A DNA stretch of 64,000 nucleotides, taken from positions 33,854,001 to 33,918,000 of the forward strand of contig CM059432.1 of NCBI GenBank assembly GCA_030390025.1. The letters are read 5' to 3'. This DNA comes from Squalus acanthias (lineage: Eukaryota). Position numbers and translations under genes: made by a program. Of this stretch, positions 11,620 through 23,243 are shown one piece after another (the stretch's first letter is position 1; every line of letters starts with the position of its first letter). The notes beneath the pieces were generated by a model. That model did no database searches. It was not told the origin of the DNA and saw nothing but the letters and a program-made list of their open reading frames with translations.

Positions 11620-11850
11620 AGGGGATAGAGGGAACTAAACCCTCACTGTCCACGTAATGACTCACTCCACCCAGATTTAAATGAGGGTCCTCTGATTGAA
11701 AACCCAACGCTCAATCACTGGACAGTGAGAGCTCTTATTAATCTATGTATATGAATAAAAATATATGTAGCACATGCCCATCACATGGCAGATGCCACGT
11801 TTTTGATATCACACTTCAAAGTGCCAGGTGCCAGAAGTATAAAACAGCCA
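11620..11850. other. Conserved non-coding segment, copy B of the inverted duplication
   Basis: Reverse complement of 1190-1415; includes TGACTCA, TATGAATAA and TATAAAA (11838). Confidence 0.85.
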
Positions 11851-11859
11851 GCAGGCTAT

Positions 11860-12410
11860 TTTTAAATATGCAGATCAGGCTCCGAAGACGTAATTGGGGC
11901 CTGATCTGCTATTTTAACCAGACGCCTGAGCAGGGGAGCAGTGGTGGCTTCCCCTCCAGGCTAAACCTGCTGGAAGCAGGAGCCAGGGCCAGAAGAGGAC
12001 CAGTTAGGTATGTTTTTATTAATTTACTGCTGCTTCCAGGAGGAGTAGGAGTGTTTCTTCAGGCCCCACAATTAAACCTTTGCTCTAAGCTTCCCCACCC
12101 CCCCCCCACCCGCCATCCAACATTGGTATTCCCCTTCCCGAGACTTACCTGACCGCCAAGGAGTATTCCCGTGGGTCCCCGCTGGCAGCTTTCTGTCACC
12201 CGAATTCCCATTCCCGCCCGACAGCCAGGCCGTGATTCTCTTTAGGTCACTCTCATGATGTTTCACAGTCAAGCCTTTACATAGGCCTCTCCTAGAATTA
12301 TAAGCCCCAAAATGCCTGCGTCCATGAAGCAGTGGCAGAAGCGCAGTGGGGCATGGCTTATGCCGACCAAAATTCTGGAAGGCTGAACCTGCCAGAAAAC
12401 CCAGGGTCAA
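11860..12410. mobile_element. Harbinger-type MITE fragment
   Basis: ATGCAGATCAGGCT...GGGCCTGATCTGC hairpin shared with 965-1015; boundaries approximate. Confidence 0.45.
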
Positions 12411-12576
12411 CTAATTTCCATAATGCTGGTGGGATAAGGGGAAAAAAAAACCTGACAGAGAAGCAGAGATGGGGTGGGGGGTAGAAAATTTAGGAAAGGA
12501 GCAGACCAAGGACACAGCTTCCTCATATAAAGAGCTGCGTCCATTTAAAGGGGTGAGCAGGCTCTTGCAAGAGCGG

Positions 12577-13305
12577 ATGCAATGGCAGCTGCAAGACAAA
12601 GAAAGAAGTGGAGCATCTAACTTTTCAGGGGATGATTTTGAAGTGTTGCTGCCACAAATTAGAGAAAGGAGGATTGCAATTGATGGGGTTTCTGGCAAGA
12701 AGTCTTAACATGCATGTCTCATGTGGGAGGAGGGGGCTGTGGCTCTGAGTGGCATAGCCTTACAATGTAGTAAGAATTTGATGACCTCACAAGGCCAGCA
12801 AAGATGTGCGTTGTCAGCTGAATGATAGGTTACCTAACTGAAACGCAGAGAACCAAATGGGGTTTTCCCAGGCACTATAGTCAACTAATGGACTTTGGGA
12901 TATCATATGGTCTCTTATTCCATGCCCCAGAAGCAATGCCACTTGATAGCACTCATATCAACTGCCTCACTCCCTGTAGTGTATGTTAGCACCTAAAAAT
13001 CACTCATCCTAGGTCCTTGCCCTCTTACTACCCTCTACCCCCACCTACGCTCCCTGCCATCTCTTCCATGAATCCTGACAGATTGAGACTCTGGAGACCG
13101 CAGCAGACAATCAACACAATGCATTCCTCCTGCAGGAGAAGGCAACACATGATGCCAGGGAACAGCGGGGCGACTGGGGGAGGACGGGCACAGATCTGCA
13201 CTTTGACCCAGCATAAAGAGGAAGCAGCGTCGATCGTTGGATTCAATTGCGGCTTAGCAGTCGGAGGTGGAGATGTGGGAGTCAATGTGCCTTCAGGGGA
13301 CTCAT
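12577..13305 (+). pseudogene. Second, strongly decayed Harbinger Myb/SANT gene (remnants of exons 1-2; probably continues to about 14450)
   Basis: ERSGASNFSGDDFEVLL..IRERR, LQCSK.FDDLTR remnant near 12760-12800, and after CTGCAG (about 13135) EKATHDAREQRATGGG...LT..KEEA..IVG matching exon 2 of the 2780 gene. Confidence 0.6.
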
Positions 13306-13789
13306 GAGCAAATAAGCTGCTTCTTATACAGTGTTTCTATGTATTTTGCAATCTCTCTACCAGCTGCCAGTTTCCTCATTGGAGATCCACAAAGTAGCTG
13401 CTTAAGATAGCTTGCTGCTCAGGCCTTGTTTTTTTTCCCTCCAGGGACTGCAAGACATGAAACATATGAGAAGGATGATGATGATAAAGAGAATGAAATT
13501 CAACTCCCCCACCCCCCCCTCACTCCCCGCTACCTTTGGCAACCGCACACCCACTCCATCATTCACCCGGCCCATAGACCCCCCAATCAAGGGGGTACAG
13601 AGAGAGTAGGTGAGAGATTGACATGTGGTGAGACACAGAGCACAAAGAAGCCAGATGATGCAGATGTGAAAGTGGAGCCAGATGTAGCTGAACGGAGGTG
13701 TAAGACACGTCAGCCCCTGGCTACAGAGCATGCGGTTGATGATCTCATGGGACCTGCTATTAAATAAAAGCTAACAGATAGTTCCCCTC

Positions 13790-14020
13790 TAAATCATCCA
13801 CCATCCCGACTTGGACGTGTATCACCATTCCTTCATTGTCACTGGGTTAAAATCCTGGAATTCTCTACCTAACAGCATTGTGGGAGAACCTTCACCACAT
13901 TGGCTTCAGCAGTTCAAGATGAAGGCCCACCACCACCTTCTCAAGGGCAATTAGGGATGGGTAATAAATGCCAGCATTGCCAGCGACGCACATTTCCCAA
14001 GAATAAATAATTAAAAAAAA
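13790..14020 (+). mobile_element. HER1-like CR1 LINE 3' end
   Basis: Matches about 15335-15568. Confidence 0.85.
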
Positions 14021-14484
14021 ATCTAATGCCTATGGAGGTACTCCTAAGATGTGCGGCAGATGGCTGGGATAGCGGTGGAGTCCACTGCCCTGTTGGTCAA
14101 TGTTACCCCTAAGGTGTGCGGCCACGTGGCTGGAAGAGATACGGCGCATGTGTAGCCACAGCAAATTTAAAGGGCCCGCACCAGGGGAAAAAAAATGAGA
14201 GGGAATGTTGCTGCTGGTCTTGGCGGACTGTCTAGAGTGACCAGAGTGACAGAGCAGCATCTTAGAGGGACTAAAGGATATTGAGTTGACTTTCGGGGAT
14301 TTACGGATACTTTTGAGGTCTGTTCTCCCATTAGGTCGCCACAGAAGCCTTCATCTTTACAGGATGTCATGGTGCCTATGACAGAGTCAGCCTGTCCCAT
14401 GTCCTTCCCAGGCCTTGGGGACCCAGAGACAAGGCCCACATCCATCTCAAGAGGCTGATAATACTTTGCAGCAGACTTTAGGTG

Positions 14485-15680
14485 AGACTCCCTTTTTTAA
14501 AAGTATCCTGATGGAGAGATTCCTTCCTTAAAAGAATCCTGATGGTTAAACTTCCTCTTAAAAAGGGCCTCCAACAACAAGACTCCTTTAAGAGGAATCA
14601 TGATGGAGACATACCTTCTTTAAAGGGGGCCGCAGTGGGGAGAGTCTTTCTTTAACAAGGATTCTGATTCTGGCACCAATATTTAACATAATGTTCAATT
14701 GCATTCACAACTCCTCAGATAATGAAGCAGTCCATCCCCACACGCATGGACGACATTCAGGCTTGGGCTGATAAGTGACAAGTAACTTTCACATTGCACA
14801 AGTGCCAGGCAATGACTATCTCCAACAAGAGGGAGACTAGCCAACTCCCCTTGACATTCAACGGGATTACCATCTCTGAATCCCCCACCATCAACATCCT
14901 GGGGGTCATCATTAACCAGAAACTTAACTGGACCAGCCACATAAATACTGTGGCTACAAGAGCAGGTCAGAGGCTGGGTATTCTGTGGCGAGTGTCTCAC
15001 CTCCTGACTCCCCAAAGTCTTTCCACTATCTACAAGGCAGAAGTCAGCAATGTGATGGAATATTCTCCATGTGCCTGGATGAGTGCAGCTCCAGCAATAC
15101 TCAAGAAGCTCGACACCATCCAGGACAAAGCAGCTCGCTTGATTGGCATCCCATCCGCCACCTTAAACATTCACTCCCTCCACCACTGGTGCACCGTGGC
15201 TGCAGTGTGTACCATCTACAAGATGCACTGCAGCAACTTGCCAAGGCTTCTTCGGCAGCACCTCCCAAATCCGCGTTCTCTACCACCTAGAAGGCCAAGG
15301 GCAAGAGGCGCATGGGAACACCATCACCTGCAAGTTCCCCTCCAAGTTACACACCATCCTGACTTGGAAATATATCGCCAATCCTTCATCATCGCTGGGT
15401 CAAAATCCTGGAACTCCCTTCCTAACAGCACTGTGGGAGTACCTTCACCTCACGATTGCAGCGGTTCAAGAAGGTGGCTCACCACCACCTTCTCAAGGCA
15501 ATTAGGAACGGGTAATAAATGCTGGCCTTGCCAACGAAGCCCACATCCCATGAATGAATAAAAAAAACTCCCTATTTAATAAAGGTTTCCGATCGTCATA
15601 TTCCTTCTTTAAAAGGGGTCCTGTTGATCACAATCCCAATTTAAAAGTGGATCTGATCATCACACCCTCTCTTTAAGAGC
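14485..15680. repeat. Degenerate ~32-bp minisatellite (CTCCTTCTTTAAAAGGRRTCCTGATGG-like) interrupted by a LINE
   Basis: About 6 units at 14485-14670 and about 4 at 15568-15680. Confidence 0.6.
14691..15568 (+). mobile_element. HER1-like CR1-group LINE, 5'-truncated, C-terminal ORF2 remnant
   Basis: ORF 14794-15561: KCQAMTIS...NILGV.I.QKLNWTSHI...TIYKAEV..VMEYSP.AW...KLDTIQDKAARLI; ends ATGAATGAATAAAAA. Confidence 0.9.
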
Positions 15681-16199
15681 TTCAATGGGAAGCAAATACA
15701 TCAGAAATTTTGTTTCCTGAAGAAAATGTGCCAGGAGGAATGGGAAAAACAGACATGCAGGTTGCTGTGTGATGTTTATTACAACTCTTTTCACTTCTTC
15801 CCATGAAGCTAGGTCATTCTCACATAAATACATGGAAAAATAAATGAAAATACCACAGTGTTTCTATTTTAGCTCGAAATGAACCTCCACACTTCATTTG
15901 TGCTTAATTACATAGCTGTCTTCCTCTGGTTTGACAAGGCACCTGCTGGATCTGGGGGGTGGGCCAAGAAACATTTACTGAGCAGCTGCCTGTCATTTAG
16001 GAAATGACAGAGAACAAGACTGTGTGTAAAATATTCCATAAACACACGTGTTATGAGCCGAATAGACGGAACAAACGATTTATTGCTAGGAAACATTTGA
16101 TTCTGAGAGAAGATTGATGTGTTTTCAAGACACATTTTGACTTAAAGGTCAATACAAAGATAATGCCTTTTGATAGTCACGTCACAAACATTTTTTTTT

Positions 16200-16592
16200 A
16201 CATAGAATTGCATAGACTTTACAGCACAGAAACAGGCCATTCGGCCCAACTGGTCTATGTCGATGTTTATGCTCCACATGAGCCTCCTCCCTCCCTACAT
16301 CATCTAACCCTATCAGCATATCCTTCTATTTCTTTCTCTCTCATGTACTTATCGAAATGCATCTATGCTATTTGCCTCAACTACCCCATGTGGTAGCAAG
16401 TTTCACATTCTAACCACTCTCTGGGTAAAGAAGTTTCTCCTTAATTCCTTATTGGATTTATTAGTGACTATCTTATGTCTCCTAGTTTTGGACATCCCCA
16501 CAAGTGGAAACATCTTCTCTATGCCTACCCTATCCAACCCCTTCATAATTTTAAAGACCTCTATTAGGGCACCCCTCAGCCTTCTCTTTTCT
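16200..16592 (-). mobile_element. CR1 LINE 3' end
   Basis: Homologous to about 16897-17300. Confidence 0.85.
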
Positions 16593-16896
16593 CGAAGGAA
16601 ATTTGATTAAAGGAATTTCTCTACCCCTATTGCATCTGGATTAACAGCAGTAGAGATACAGTCAGTAACATAAGATGCTGGCTGGTGGAGTTACTGAGTG
16701 ATAGTATGAGGAAGCTGGATTGACATCAGTACGGAAACCAGCCCCAAATTTCCTTGGGACCACCTGAGGTGTAAAGGGGTGGGGGGGGGGGGGGGTGGTG
16801 GAGATTGTAAAATTGGGTGCAAGATGCCCAACAGTGGAATCTGGAAATGCCAAGTCTTCACCCAGAAAAGCACCCGGTGTAATTTTCCATTGGGGT

Positions 16897-17935
16897 TACA
16901 TAGGATATACGGCACAGAAACAGGCCATTCGGCCCAACCAGTCCATGCTGGCGTTTATGTTCCACTCGAGCCTCCTCCTGTCTTTCCTCATCTAAATCTA
17001 TCAGTGAAGCCCTCTATTCCCTTCTCCCTCATATGCTTCTCTACCCTCCCCTTAAATGCATCTATACAAATCGCTTCAACCACTCCCTGTGGTAGCGAGT
17101 TCCACATTCTCACCACTCTTTGGGTAAAGAAGTTTCTTCTCAATTCCCTATTGGATTTCTTGGTGACTATCTTATATTGATGGCCTCTAGTTATGCTCTT
17201 CCCCACAAGTGGAAACATTCCCTCTGTATCCACTTTATCAAAATTCTTCATAATTTTAAAGACCTCTATTAGGTCACCCCTCAGCCTTCTTTTTTCAAGA
17301 GAAAATATACCCAGCCTGTTCTTCCTTTCCTGATATGTATACCCTCGCATTTCTGGTATCATCCTTGTAAATCTTCTCTGCACCCTCTCCAGTGCCTCTA
17401 TATCCTTTTTATAATATGGCGACAAGAATTGTACACAGTACTCTAAGTGTGGTCTAACCAAGGTTCAATACAGGTTTAGCATAACTTCCCTACTTTTCAA
17501 TTCTATCCCTCTAGAAATAAACCCTAGTGCTTGGTTTGCTTTTTTTATGGCCTTGCTAACCTGTGTCACAACTTTTAGTGATTAGTGTATTTATACTCCT
17601 AGATCCCTTTGTTCCTCTACCCCACCTAGACTCGCACCCTCCAAGTAACAAGTGACCTCCTTATTCTTCCTACCAAAATGTAATACCTCATATTTATCTG
17701 TGTTGAACTTCATTTGCCAATTATATGCCCATTCTACAAGTTTATTAATGTCCTCCTGTAACTTGTTGCAGTCCTCCTCAGTATTGACTATCCCCCCCAA
17801 TTTGGTGTCATCCGCAAATTTAGAAGTTGTGTTTTTGATTCCTAAGTCTAAATCGTTAATGTAAATTGTAAACAGCAGTGGTCCCAGCACTGATCCTTGG
17901 GGATCACCACTACTCACCTTCTGCCACTGTGAATA
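16897..17935 (-). mobile_element. CR1 LINE, 5'-truncated, RT C-terminal region
   Basis: ORFs 17591-17917 (PQGSVLGPLLFTIYINDLD...KFADDTKL) and 16988-17461 (VRPHLEYCVQF...LEKRRLRGDLIEVFKIM). Confidence 0.95.
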
Positions 17936-17939
17936 GCTT

Positions 17940-18170
17940 GACCAACTCTTTGAAGAAATAACAGAGAGAATAAAGGAAACTCAGTGGATCTGGTTTACAT
18001 GGGTTTTTAGAAAGCAGTTGATAAGGTTACCACATAAGAGACATAGCACATAGTATTAAGGGGAAATGTGGCCACATAGATGGGGGAAGAAATCAAAGAG
18101 TAAGGGTAAAAGGAAGTTTCTCAGGCCGGAAGTATGTGGTGAGTGGTGTTCCACAGAGACCTGTGTTGTA
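17940..18170 (+). mobile_element. Older CR1 RT fragment
   Basis: Remnants FEEITE, VDLVYM.F.KA.DKV, VVSGVPQ. Confidence 0.65.
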
Positions 18171-18618
18171 TTAATTCCCTATCTAACTGGGGACTTGAGC
18201 ACCCAAAAAACCTGTGCCCTGGAGTTATAAAATGGAGGGGGTGTGGGTGCACCTCAGCCACCCCATTGATGCCCAAGACCCACCTGATATCATGTTTAGG
18301 CGGGTGTGTAAATGGGATGGCAGCTCGCGTGCCTGAAACTGGTGTAAGGCTGCTTCACTATGCCGGAATGCCGGTTGGTAGCTCTGCCTAGTTGTACCGG
18401 GTCTTGAGCAACCTAATCAGTGGTCCCTGGAGATCCTAGGAAGGAATTCGGCCAGAACCTGTTGGGGCTGGAGATGTAGAAGAGCCAGTGGGCAGCTACA
18501 GGTTTAACTGGACTGCCTGCATCTTGCCTGTAATAATGTTTTGGGAGCACAAATACATGAGAAAGCAACATGATTGGGTACCGTCGACAGCTACAGAGGT
18601 AAAGAGAGAACTTACAAA

Positions 18619-18712
18619 TATTCTTGCAAAAGAACCTATCTCAGAGACTGCAACAGCAATCCATCTGCTCTCAAATGGGAAGGAACCTGGTTCTGATGCT
18701 ATTCTAGCTGAG
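18619..18712 (+). mobile_element. RTE LINE fragment
   Basis: LAKEP.SE.ATAIHLLSNGKEPGSDAILAE; homologous to 30300-30395. Confidence 0.8.
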
Positions 18713-18720
18713 GTAAAGAA

Positions 18721-18932
18721 TGAAAAACAGAAAATGCTGGAACTATTCGGCAGATCAGGCAGCATCTGTGAAGAGAGAAGCAGAGCTAACGATTCAGGTC
18801 GATGAAAAGTCATTGACGTCAAACGTTAACTCTGTTTCTCTCTCCACAGATGCTGCCTGACCTGCTGAGTATTTCCAGCATTTTCTGTTTTTATTGCAGA
18901 TTTCCAGCATCCGGAGTATCGTGTTTTTGTGC
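18721..18932. mobile_element. Foldback repeat, probably Penelope-derived
   Basis: ~82-bp imperfect inverted arms (AAAACAGAAAATGCTGGAA...TTTCCAGCATTTTCTGTTTT); TAAAGAA on both sides; family from memory. Confidence 0.7.
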
Positions 18933-19045
18933 TAAAGAAAGAAAGAACTTGCATTTATATAGTGCCTTTCACAACCTCAGGACTTACAAAACGTTTTACA
19001 GCCAATGAAGTATTTTTGAATTGTAGTCACTATTGTAATATAGGT
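18933..19045 (-). mobile_element. Deu-domain SINE 3' fragment
   Basis: (AAAG)n tail and conserved 3' body. Confidence 0.8.
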
Positions 19046-19667
19046 ACAGTACATGGTAATTATCTAACCATAATGATTTTTACAGAACCAAAAGAAAGAT
19101 TCTGCTGAAGAAGATGAAGAAGAAAGGGTCGAGTGGGCTTTCATATCCACCCTACCAACCACATCCTCTCTCATGCGGTCATTCACCCCTTCTCGCTCAA
19201 CCACTAAACCAGAGAGAGCCACTGGCAGGGATGTGGATAGTTCTGAAGAAGGTTTCTCACTGAATGAGACACAGTACCAGAGGAATCAGAGATGAAAGTG
19301 TGATCTGGCACCACGGTTCAGAGGCTCTGCAGAAGTCAGTCTTGGTTCAAGAGCCTGCGGACTCAGGAGTCCTCTCTAAAACAAGTATGAGTGTCACGCT
19401 CACAGAGAGCCTCTGAGGACCATCGTGGAGGACCTGAAACAGATGACAGGGGTAACGGAGCATTCAAAATGCCAGCTTTCATACCAATATACAAGAAGGT
19501 TTTGACATAGCCATCCAGCATGGAAAATTAAAGAGTAAGTTAATCGATTGTAGTTGGAATTACAATATCGTAGTGATGATTCTCCAACCTGTTCTTCCTG
19601 TGACTGCAGCTCTCACTGGGAACACAGGACTGGGGAATTTACCCTTAAACGTTCCACATTTAAACTA

Positions 19668-20447
19668 TGGGGGTAATTTTAACTTAATCTGCCTGGTGGG
19701 AAACGGACACGATCCAATCAGCTGCCACTTAACACGCTTCCTGATTCTACTTTCCATTGCCATGGCTCAGTGGTAGTACTTTAACTCTAAGATAAATCAA
19801 TAACATAATTTTCACTGTAATTAATTTAAAAAAAACATTCTTACAGCAGGAGTGATCTGATGGCACTGAGTAACTGACCAAAGTATTTCAGAGCTGTTGG
19901 GGAATGTGAGATTATCATACCAGTGGAATGAACACATAGATATTTGACAATTACATCTGTTGTAGGTTCAAGGCCCACTCCAGAGACTTGAGCACAAAAT
20001 CTAAGCTGACACTCCAGTGCTGAACTGTTGGAGGAGCCGTCTTTCGGATGAGGCCTTAAATCGAGACCCTGTCTACTCTCTCAGGTGGACGTAAAAGATC
20101 CCATGACACTATTTCGAAGAAGAGCAGGGGAGTTATCCCCCGTGTCCTGGCCAATATTTATCCCTCAACCAACATCATTAAAAAAACAGGTTATCTGATC
20201 ATTCTCACACTGCTGTTTGTGGGAGCTTGCTGTGCGCAAATTCTCCAGAAGTGAAGTGGTGTCAGGTGTCTCTGAGTCCTGTAGTGGAATGCAAAGAAAA
20301 GTCATCCTTAGGTCGCTGGTTTTAGGACATTCTGAGGTTGTGAAAGGTGCTATCTAAATGCACGTTCTTTCTTTCTTCAATCGAAAGTAAAATCGGGCAG
20401 TGCGCAGAACGGGTGGAGGATCGGGTGGGTTGGGCAATAGATTTTTT
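19668..20447. mobile_element. Palindromic MITE split by a Deu SINE (about 19760-20376, +), itself interrupted at about 19792-19958
   Basis: CTGATTCTACTTTCCATTG before the SINE and TTCAATCGAAAGTAAAATCGG after it are the two arms of one hairpin; SINE head TGGCTCAGTGGTAG is separated from TTGTAGGTTCAAG. Confidence 0.65.
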
Positions 20448-21259
20448 ATGTGGTGAAAAAAATCCTGAGGTACAGATTTTGCTAGAGCTATTTATGCAGT
20501 TCGGTGCTCACTGTACAAGCAGTAAAATCCACTGAGTTGTTAACAAGCAACTGTCAGCCTTACCCTATCCTGCCCATGTTCCGTTGGACTGCTTTGTCTT
20601 CCCAAGGAATTCCAATATCTTTGCCAACAGAAATACATTTTTGGATTGACATGGGAATATCCCTAGATCATAATGGAATCATTGAGCAATGGGGAAGAGC
20701 AAACATACAAAGTGCACGTGTTCCGCTACATAGAACGTACACCTGCCATTACCCACAAGACTTCATCGAACAAAACACAGTATATTAACTTCTCCATTCC
20801 CAAAAACTTTTAAAAAAGATTATTAGAGCAGTGCAACGATTTGATCTCGATAATATACTGGCGGGTCTAGAAATTCGATCGCACCCGAACAGGGCCGTGA
20901 TCCCGATACAGTTCACACTGCTCGTGCCTAATGGGGCCTCAGGTAAGTCTGTGGGGGTTGCAGGCAATAATGAGGGGGACAAGCGGTGGCCAGCATCAGC
21001 CTGTGGTTTTAATATGGAGCCGAGAGGAGGACTACTGACATTTAGCTTGCCGCAGCAGCTCTGACTTCCACCATTGCCTAAAAGCACCTCCCCTTTAAGT
21101 GGTACAGGCTGCCTTTAAATGGCAGGAACCCCTCTGCAATTCCCACCCCCCCACAATGGCCGAGCAGCCAATTACAGGGGCGAGTACCTCTGACAGCTGG
21201 CTAATGAGCCTTGCACCTCAAAATGGCACGTACCTCACATCAGTGGGTTTGGTGGGCAT

Positions 21260-21695
21260 AAAGAAAGAAGGACTTTCATTTATATAGGGCCTTTCATGAC
21301 ACCTTATAGCACTTTACAGCTGATTACGTACTTTTGGAGTGTAGTCACTGTTGTAATGTAGGAAAGACGACGGCCAATTTGCGCACAGCAAGGTCCCACA
21401 AACAGCAATGTGATAATGATCAGATATCTGTTTGATAGTGCTGTTGGTTAAGGGATAAATATTGACCAAGACACAGGGGAGAATTCCCCTTCTCTTCTAA
21501 TAGTGCCATGGGATCTTTTACATCTGCCTGAGAGAGCAGACGGGGCCTCGGTTTAGCATCTGATCTGATAGTGCATCACTCCCTCAGTACTGCACTGAAA
21601 TGTCAGCCTAGATTTTGTGCTTAAATCTCTGGAGCGGAAATTGAGACCCACAACATTTGGGCTTGAAGGTGAAAGTGCTATTACGGAGCCACGGA
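21260..21695 (-). mobile_element. Deu-domain SINE, near full length
   Basis: Tail, Deu core and tRNA-like head all visible. Confidence 0.85.
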
Positions 21696-22626
21696 TGACA
21701 GCAAGCGAGAGCTTGAGTTAGAGATGGTGCATTGAGTCCTGATTTCAACACCGTGAGGATGCAAAGAGGACAGACGGGGTGTTTGGAGCTTGAAAGGAAA
21801 TTGGTTACAAATTCAGTTTCTTTGTGCAAGTAAACTAATGGCAACCCAAAAAAGGACACCCAATAAAATATTTTGCTTTACAAAAAGCTAATTTGTGCTA
21901 ATCTTATTCCCATGACATTTAAAACCAAGGAGCAGACGTCTGAACACCCAGCTCTGAGGCAACTTAGGCGAAGGTCACGCTTCCAAGAGGAAAAAGAAAA
22001 AAGGGTTTGCGCTGACTCAGAAAGCAACAATGGGGGTATTAACTTTACCAGAAGTTGTCGATGTAGAACATCCTTGGAAACAATGGGTCAGTCTCTGTGA
22101 ATGAGTAGCTGGTACAGTGCCAAGCAGCTCCTAAACCGAGGGGGTGTGGAGCATCTAATGGATATAGAGAAAAGATTTGTATTTCAAATGAAAAGGGGCC
22201 ATTATCTGCTCCCTCATACTTAAGGAATGTGGAAGTGTTTCAGTCCAAACCTAACGACTCTCGCAGCAAAAATAAGGATGAGATGTGTCTGAGGAGCTGA
22301 GAGTCAGCTGATAGGGAGGGAAAGGGTCAAGGGTCAGTATTTAGCCATTTTGTGAGGAGCTAGTGGTCTCTCTGCACAAGTCTTTCTATAAATCTCTCTC
22401 TTCCCTCTGACTGTAAGATACAGCAAACAGCAAGATTTCAGGGGTTAGTGCAGGCTGTCACCTTCTATCCCGAGAAAGGTCTCACTTCCTCTGTTGCCGG
22501 TGGCATGTACCTATTAACCCTCTTCCCATTTAATGATTTTTCAGGGACACTTTATCAGCTTTTCGATTAAATCCTCCCATATAGTGTAATTGCACCAATT
22601 CACTCCTGTCTGAGTCTCAGGGCCAC

Positions 22627-22790
22627 CTCCTGTACATGTATAGTACACACCAGGTAAAAGGGAATGATTCACTCTCGTCTGGTACTGTCCGGCTCATGTA
22701 TGACTCAGTGTTAGCTCCTGGACATGTACAGTACACAGTGGATAAAAGGGAATGATTCACTGCCATCTGGTACTGTGTGGCTCACGTGAG
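22627..22790. repeat. 88-bp tandem duplication (two units)
   Basis: CTCCTG.ACATGTA.AGTACACA...TAAAAGGGAATGATTCACT...TCTGGTACTGT..GGCTCA starting at 22627 and 22715. Confidence 0.85.
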
Positions 22791-22794
22791 TCCA

Positions 22795-23243
22795 CTTCTC
22801 TCAACCCCTCCACTACCTCTGTGTTGTCAGGCTGCTTGTCCGATATCCAGTACTGGATGCACATGAAATTTCCTCCAATTAAACATTGGGAAGATAGAGG
22901 CCATTGTTTTTGACTCCCGCCACAAACTCTGTTTCCTAGCTACTGATTCCATGCCTCCGCCCAGCCACTGTCTAAGGCTGAACCAGACTGTTTGCAACCT
23001 CACTGTCCTATTTAACCTTGAGCTGAGCTTCCGACCCCATATCCTCTACATCACTAAAACTGCCTACTTCCACCTCCGTAATATCGTCCATCTCTGCCGC
23101 TGCCTCTGTCCATCTGCTGCTGAAACCTTCATCCCTGCTGTTGTTACCTTCAGACTCGATTATTCCAATGATCTCCTAGTCAGCCTCTCAACTTCCACCC
23201 TCCATAAATCTGAGCTCATCCAAACTCTGCTGCCCCTATCCTA
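22795..23243 (+). mobile_element. L2 LINE ORF2 fragment
   Basis: CLSDIQYWM..FLQLNIGK.EA; V.NL.VLF...LSFRPHI..ITKTAYFHLRNI...RLDYSN.LL. Confidence 0.85.

Noticed and set aside
11637..11760. SECIS element, box C/D snoRNA, V(D)J RSS or functional tRNA in the duplicated core
   Set aside because: ATGA-to-AA spacing is wrong and the ATGA is lost in copy A; no terminal CTGA box D; no correctly oriented heptamer-nonamer; no canonical cloverleaf or GTTC
19085..19560. Acidic/Ser-rich stretch resembling a third decayed Harbinger Myb exon
   Set aside because: Compositional resemblance only; no diagnostic motif
20504..20788. 94-aa ORF in apparently unique sequence
   Set aside because: Non-ATG start, no motif, no splice support
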